Origin: a virus
Lineage: Duplodnaviria > Caudoviricetes
Reading direction: 5' to 3' (one strand)
Length of the DNA stretch: 53,940 bases
IMG/VR virus record: IMGVR_UViG_3300001533_002608
Location: 1 to 53,940 of that record
A program made the translations under genes and the position numbers. Numbering within the stretch: the first letter of the stretch is position 1; each line of letters opens with the position of its first letter. This document shows positions 49,497 to 53,940 of the stretch, in pieces. The notes beneath the pieces were generated by a model. That model saw only the letters and a program-made list of their open reading frames with translations, did no database searches and was not told the DNA's origin.

Positions 49497-51408
49497 ATGC
49501 TTTTTGATTATAATAAATTGCAAAAAGAACAAAAAGGCCAGATTCTTGGTAAGTGGAAACCATTCCTTAAAGGAATCAATGATGACCACTTGAAAGAAAG
49601 TACGGCTATGTTGCTTGAGAACCAAGCACAATATCTCTTAGAAGAACCACAGACCCAAGGTGGGGATGTAGTTGGTATACAGAAAATTTTGCTACCGATC
49701 GTAAGAAGGGTTTTCCCGAACCTCAATGGGGTCCTCTTAACGTAAGTTAGGAGTAAACTTTCGGTGAATTGCTGGGAAGCTTTCAAAAAGAAATGTTAAA
49801 TACATTTCAGAGCTAATCAGCAGCCAAGATTGCCAAAGTTATATAAATGTAGGCAATAAGGTTCAGAGACTAGATGGTGAGGATATAACGACCAATAATC
49901 CATCCACGAGTGCCGAACATCCTATCTATTAGGATGAAGATATAGTCCGACCTTACGGGATGATAAACCGTAAGAACTAAGAGATAAAGAGCTCTTAGGA
50001 TAACATAAGCGTTGCGAACAACCTAGTTTCAGTTCAGCCGCTTGCTGGACCGACTGGAGTTATTTTCTATCTAAAATACCAATTTGCTTCTTCGAAATCT
50101 GAAACCGCTGCTGGTACCGAGTACAGTATGTATTCAGAAAATCCAAGTGATGAACTTGCGAACCAGGGTTACAACCCTTACTACTCTAGCGATGATGTTA
50201 GAGAAACTGATATTACCGTTAACAACGGTGGTGGTAGCTCCGCATCTAGCTTTACTTATAATATTGATACAGACTGGGCAGATGGAATTAACGGCTCCAA
50301 CTGGACAGATTCAACTAACCCATTACTTAAGAGAGTAAGATTGAGATTTAAGGCTTACGATGGATCTGGAAATAGCTCATCTTTCTTAATTCAATATGAT
50401 GGCAGATCTGGTAAGAATGCATGGCAGATCAAAGAAACTGACAGAAGCGGTTCTGGTGTTCCATTATTTGGCGATGCAGCAGGAGCTGTATTTGGCGATT
50501 TAAGTGCAGGCGATGCTGGCTATACATCTAAAGATGGAGTTCTATCAACTGCTAGCGTAAGTTTTGATGATAGTTCAAAAGAAATCACATTTACTCCTAC
50601 CGATGCGGACAGTGCTCTTGGTACTGGGCCAACAGTAGAAGGAATGGAAGCATTCTATACTTACAAACAAGAAGGAACTGAAAACATTCCTGATATGTCA
50701 ATCTCTATCAGCCAGTATCCAATAACAGTTAAGAGCAGAAAGCTCAAAGCTACCTGGACAAACGAGGCTGAACAAGACCTCAAAGCTTATCACGGCTTAA
50801 ATGCTGACGCTGAGCTAACAGCACTTGTTTCTAATGAAATGATTGCTGAAATCGACAGGGAAATCGTAAGGACAGTTATGGACATAGTTCCGATGACTTC
50901 TTTTAGATATGTTGATTGGGGAGCTGATACTACTAACAATACTTCAGGAAACTACTTAGATAGACATAGACACCTAACACAAACCTTTGCTGAGCTAAGC
51001 AATGAAATCTATAGAAAATCTAAGATCGGTCCAGCTAACTGGATCATTACTTCACCTAAGCTCGCATCCTATCTAGAAACTCTAGAGGGATTCGTTGCTG
51101 CACCGGCAGCTACTCAAGGTGGATTAGGAATCGTTAAAGCTGGTGATTTCCGTGGAAATTACACAGTTTATAAAGATCCTCTTTTCCCACCAAATAAGGC
51201 TGTTATGGGTCACAAATCACCTGCATCTCCTTTCGGAGCTGGAGTGGTTTACGCACCTTTCGTAACTCAGGTAACACCTACCTTGTACGGTCCTAACGAC
51301 TTTACACCTAGAAAGGGATTCCTCGCTAGATATGGTCTTGTGCAGGTCCCACTCGGGGATTTACTCTATGGTATGGTAAGCGTATCTGATTTACCAGGTT
51401 CTGAATAA
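49497..51408 (+). CDS. major capsid protein (T4 gp23-like), spliced: 49497-49723 + 50010-51408 = 541 aa
   Basis: Exons join as PIVRRVFPNL|VANNLVSVQPLAGPTGVIFYL; SRKLKATWT.EAEQDL, EIDREI, YAPF, F.PRKG...RYG. Confidence 0.93.
49724..50009 (+). ncRNA. group I intron (286 nt, IA-like, no homing endonuclease)
   Basis: 5' exon ends in U, intron ends in G; P AATTGCTGGGAA, Q AATCAGCAGCC, R TCAGAGACTA, S AAGATATAGTCC; P1 ACCU/GGGU; P10 CAAUG/CGUUG. Confidence 0.93.
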
Positions 51409-51433
51409 ATCGATATAATATAATAAGTTATAC

Positions 51434-51463
51434 AGGGCAGTCATTAATGGCTGCCCTTTTTTT
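51434..51463 (+). terminator. intrinsic terminator after capsid gene
   Basis: AGGGCAGTCA/TGGCTGCCCT stem plus T-run. Confidence 0.85.
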
Positions 51464-51544
51464 GTGTAAAGTTATTTTTATAAAGTCACTTGTTTCGCTC
51501 CGTAAATGATAAGATAATAGCATATTTGATATAAAGGAAGAAAA

Positions 51545-51625
51545 ATGAGCAAGATTATTAGGATATGGGCTTCTGAATTAGAGGAAAGAGCAGAGCAGGT
51601 ATTAGAGCAATTAGATATAGTATAA
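51545..51625 (+). CDS. 26-aa peptide
   Basis: AAGATAA at 51511, AAGGAAG RBS, MSKIIRIWASELEERAEQVLEQLDIV*, then terminator. Confidence 0.5.
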   Translation: MSKIIRIWASELEERAEQVLEQLDIV

Positions 51626-51632
51626 TTTTATT

Positions 51633-51659
51633 AGCCGGTGACTTATCACCGGCTTTTTT
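51633..51659 (+). terminator. intrinsic terminator
   Basis: AGCCGGTGA/TCACCGGCT plus T-run. Confidence 0.85.
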
Positions 51660-51708
51660 GTGCGCTAAATATCAAGATAATAGCATAAATTATAACTAGG
51701 AGAATCCA

Positions 51709-51981
51709 ATGAAGTTAGAAGAGGTTCTTATGTCCAGTGGTATGTATAAAAAAATGAAAGACGTATTTCTGGGAATGGTATTAAATAAAAATAAAATTCC
51801 AAATTTTAAAGAAGTATTAAACAAATTGAAAGAAGAATATCCATCTATAAAAACCAACTTAGAAACAGACTTAAAAGGATATCGAGATTTTAAAAGAGAA
51901 AACAGAAAAAGTAAGTTAAAACAATACGAAGATCTTTATAAAAAGTTGGTTAAAGACTACAAGGAAAGAACTTTATATTAA
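51709..51981 (+). CDS. hypothetical protein
   Basis: AAGATAA at 51674, AGGAG RBS. Confidence 0.6.
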   Translation: MKLEEVLMSSGMYKKMKDVFLGMVLNKNKIPNFKEVLNKLKEEYPSIKTNLETDLKGYRDFKRENRKSKLKQYEDLYKKLVKDYKERTLY

Positions 51982-52045
51982 TGAAGATAAAAAAAGATCT
52001 TCACAAAAGACACAAAAGTATTGACAGCTTCACAAAGATAAATCT

Positions 52046-52212
52046 GTAAGGAACACTTACAAGAAGATGACAGGTAGCTTATTAGGTAAAGTGATGACGC
52101 TTATGTTTCCCTTTGAGGGCGCCTTATTTTGGAAACTAGTCATAGAAAGCTGGATCATTCCCAGTTCCTGTAAAGTTCTCTTGTAAGATAGTTTCTTTCA
52201 ACTAATCCTTAC
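52046..52212 (+). ncRNA. rod-shaped structured RNA, 6S-RNA-like architecture
   Basis: Nested stems AAGGAAC/GTTTCTT, CTTACAAGA/TCTTGTAAG, ACAGG/CCTGT, ATGAC/GTCAT, GTTTCC/GGAAAC around a central bubble; AAGATAA at 52035. Confidence 0.55.
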
Positions 52213-52311
52213 GAATTATGGAGGCGCGATGAAGTTCGTAATTTAAACCTTTTACCGTCGTTGACGGAAATATTCTTCTCGACGGGAGGTGAAATTGGAA
52301 AGTTATTCTTT

Positions 52312-52339
52312 AAGAGGGCAGCGTATGCTGCCCTTTCTT
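52312..52339 (+). terminator. intrinsic terminator
   Basis: AGGGCAGC-GTAT-GCTGCCCT followed by TTCTT. Confidence 0.75.
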
Positions 52340-52364
52340 GCGCATAATTATTTTTATAAAAACA

Positions 52365-52598
52365 ATGAAAAAAATTGAATATTGCACACATACAGATTGT
52401 ATAGCTCATCCTCAAAATCCAAATAGTTCACCCGCTCAAAGAATAATACTTAGAGTTGAGGATACCGATATAGAAGTAGAGATATCTTTTCCATGCTTAA
52501 TATGTGATAAAGCTAAAAAAGTAGATATGAAAGAAGCATTAAAAAAAGCTTTTGTAAAAAATAACCTAAAAGATTCTAAAGCTTCGACTAGTATTTAA
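52365..52598 (+). CDS. small Cys/His-rich hypothetical protein
   Basis: CTHTDCIAH...CLIC; ATG at 52365. Confidence 0.5.
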   Translation: MKKIEYCTHTDCIAHPQNPNSSPAQRIILRVEDTDIEVEISFPCLICDKAKKVDMKEALKKAFVKNNLKDSKASTSI

Positions 52599-52607
52599 TA
52601 TGTATAT

Positions 52608-53027
52608 ATGGAACATATCTTAACCGATAAAGAAAAAATTGATTCATGGATTGATTTAGTAGAATATAACGAGTTATATCACCCTCCATTTAATTTTAGA
52701 CAAACAGTACAAAATATATTAAACTCAATGAATATTAAATTCACTAATACTGGTAGCGTAATAATGGGCGCCCCTCCATTAGTAGTTATTAACGAGGTTG
52801 AGGGAGTCAAAAAACTATTTGGCAAGATGACTGACCAAGAATTAGCACCAACTGTAGTTAGTATGTTAGTTGGAATAATACATTTTACTGATATAAGAAC
52901 GTGTTATTGCGGTTGGTTAAAAATAATTGAAATTTTTAATAGCAGATTTAACTATTCTATACCTAAAAAAATTATTCCGCGTTATATTAGCGAAGATACA
53001 TTTAATATCACAAAAGAATTTTCGTGA
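52608..53027 (+). CDS. hypothetical protein
   Basis: 139-aa ORF. Confidence 0.55.
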   Translation: MEHILTDKEKIDSWIDLVEYNELYHPPFNFRQTVQNILNSMNIKFTNTGSVIMGAPPLVVINEVEGVKKLFGKMTDQELAPTVVSMLVGIIHFTDIRTCYCGWLKIIEIFNSRFNYSIPKKIIPRYISEDTFNITKEFS

Positions 53028-53039
53028 TAGTGGTATAAT

Positions 53040-53546
53040 ATGAATATGGAGGACATAATGGACAAAGAAAACTATGTTAGCAATTCCTTTCAAGGCAAGA
53101 TTCAAGTATCATTAGCTAATATTTCAAGAAGCTCAGAGGATAAATTTTCTATAGTAAGTATGGAGTATATTCCTCAAACTTTCAAATGTGAACTTTGTGG
53201 ACACAGCCCATGTCTTTATGCTTTTAATGTTAAAAATCAAGAAACTGATAAGACAATTAAAGTCGGAAGTGAATGTGTTAATCATTTTAGGGGTGAATGT
53301 GATATAGATATTGCAGAAGGATTGAAGAAAAGAATTAAATCCGTCACTAGAAAAATGAAAAGATACTTGAAAAAGTATATGGATAAAGAAGATTATAAAT
53401 CTATGAGCAAAGAAAGAAAAAGAGAGATTACTGTAGAATTATTTATGAGATTTCAAAATAAAGAAATTCTTCGCAATGAAAACCAGAAAAAATCAAGACT
53501 TACAAAAGAAGATGTAGAAGCGGTACTAAGAAATAATTTACATTAA
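53040..53546 (+). CDS. hypothetical zinc-binding protein
   Basis: CELCGH..C...VGSECV..F; GGAGG before the ATG at 53058 suggests a later start. Confidence 0.6.
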   Translation: MNMEDIMDKENYVSNSFQGKIQVSLANISRSSEDKFSIVSMEYIPQTFKCELCGHSPCLYAFNVKNQETDKTIKVGSECVNHFRGECDIDIAEGLKKRIKSVTRKMKRYLKKYMDKEDYKSMSKERKREITVELFMRFQNKEILRNENQKKSRLTKEDVEAVLRNNLH

Positions 53547-53708
53547 GTCGTTTGGCTTTCTAGCAGTATTCCCTGTTTTCATACACTCTGCATAATGTTT
53601 CAATTTTCCGTCTTGAAAACGTGATTTCATTTTTATAGTACCGCCCCAACGGGAGATAATTTCCTGAGCTCCATCTCTTCTAGCATTTTTGCTTATGCTA
53701 CGTGCCAT
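53538..53708 (-). CDS. small basic hypothetical protein (56 aa)
   Basis: GGAGG RBS and AAGATAA motif on the minus strand; MARSISKNARRD... Confidence 0.65.
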   Translation of the reverse strand: MARSISKNARRDGAQEIISRWGGTIKMKSRFQDGKLKHYAECMKTGNTARKPNDLM

Positions 53709-53752
53709 TAAAAATCCTCCAAAAATAAGATTTAGATTCTTATCTTTGCTAA

Positions 53753-53927
53753 GTGAACTAATCACCCGCTAAAGACGGGCCGCTAAAGACGGGCGATCTT
53801 CCTGCTTCATTGTCCAAACTTGCTTCTAATGAATTAGAACCAGAGGTTTTAGACTCCACAGGCTTAACATCGGACTCTCCCAGCCCTAATTCTCTTAATC
53901 CATATATTATCTTACATGTTTTTTGTG
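53753..53927 (-). mobile_element. orphan TnpB-type reRNA / IS200-IS605 right end, copy 3
   Basis: Reverse complement matches copy 1 including the 24-nt leader CACAAAAAACATGTAAGATAATAT; may extend past the window edge. Confidence 0.8.
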
Positions 53928-53940
53928 AAAAAATTAAAAA

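Noticed and set aside
49497-50338. Separate 82-aa, 84-aa and 426-aa ORFs at the capsid locus
   Set aside because: Explained as exon 1, an off-frame ORF and exon 2 of one intron-split gene.
1107-52415. Numerous minus-strand ORFs in the track (e.g. 2871-3479, 31353-32261, 45555-46061)
   Set aside because: They are antisense shadows of well-supported + strand genes, with Ser/Phe/Leu-rich low-information translations and no evident RBS.
53733-53752. Guides 2 and 3 overlap the AAGATAA motif, suggesting promoter-targeting guides
   Set aside because: Guide 3 is simply the promoter of the adjacent gene and guide 2 is coding sequence; matches to other promoters are only about 8-11 nt.
1-53940. Stop-codon recoding; tRNA, rRNA or CRISPR loci
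   Set aside because: Core genes are intact in the standard code, with TAA, TAG and TGA all used as stops. No cloverleaf, rRNA or repeat-spacer pattern was seen by eye.

Overview
AT-rich segment of a large T4-like (jumbo-type) tailed phage genome, almost entirely on the + strand and read with the standard genetic code. It runs from tail and receptor-binding genes (a 2088-aa PA14/beta-helix/LamG repeat protein) through about 30 kb of small accessory genes. These include HNH nucleases, PD-(D/E)XK-like nucleases, a UDG-like protein, cytidylyltransferase, thymidylate kinase, permuted NlpC/P60, a nucleotidyltransferase, membrane proteins and a phage sigma factor. The window ends with a head module: terminase large subunit, resolvase, portal, prohead protease, scaffold and major capsid protein. 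Embedded parasites are an intein in the portal, a group I intron splitting the major capsid gene and an intact IscB/omegaRNA element. There are also three dispersed orphan TnpB-type reRNA (IS200/IS605 right-end) copies, each with a different 3' flank (guide); two sit behind a recurring intergenic AAGATAA promoter-like motif. After the capsid operon lies a ~150-nt rod-shaped RNA with a central bubble resembling 6S RNA. All family calls come from motif recognition by eye, not from database searches.
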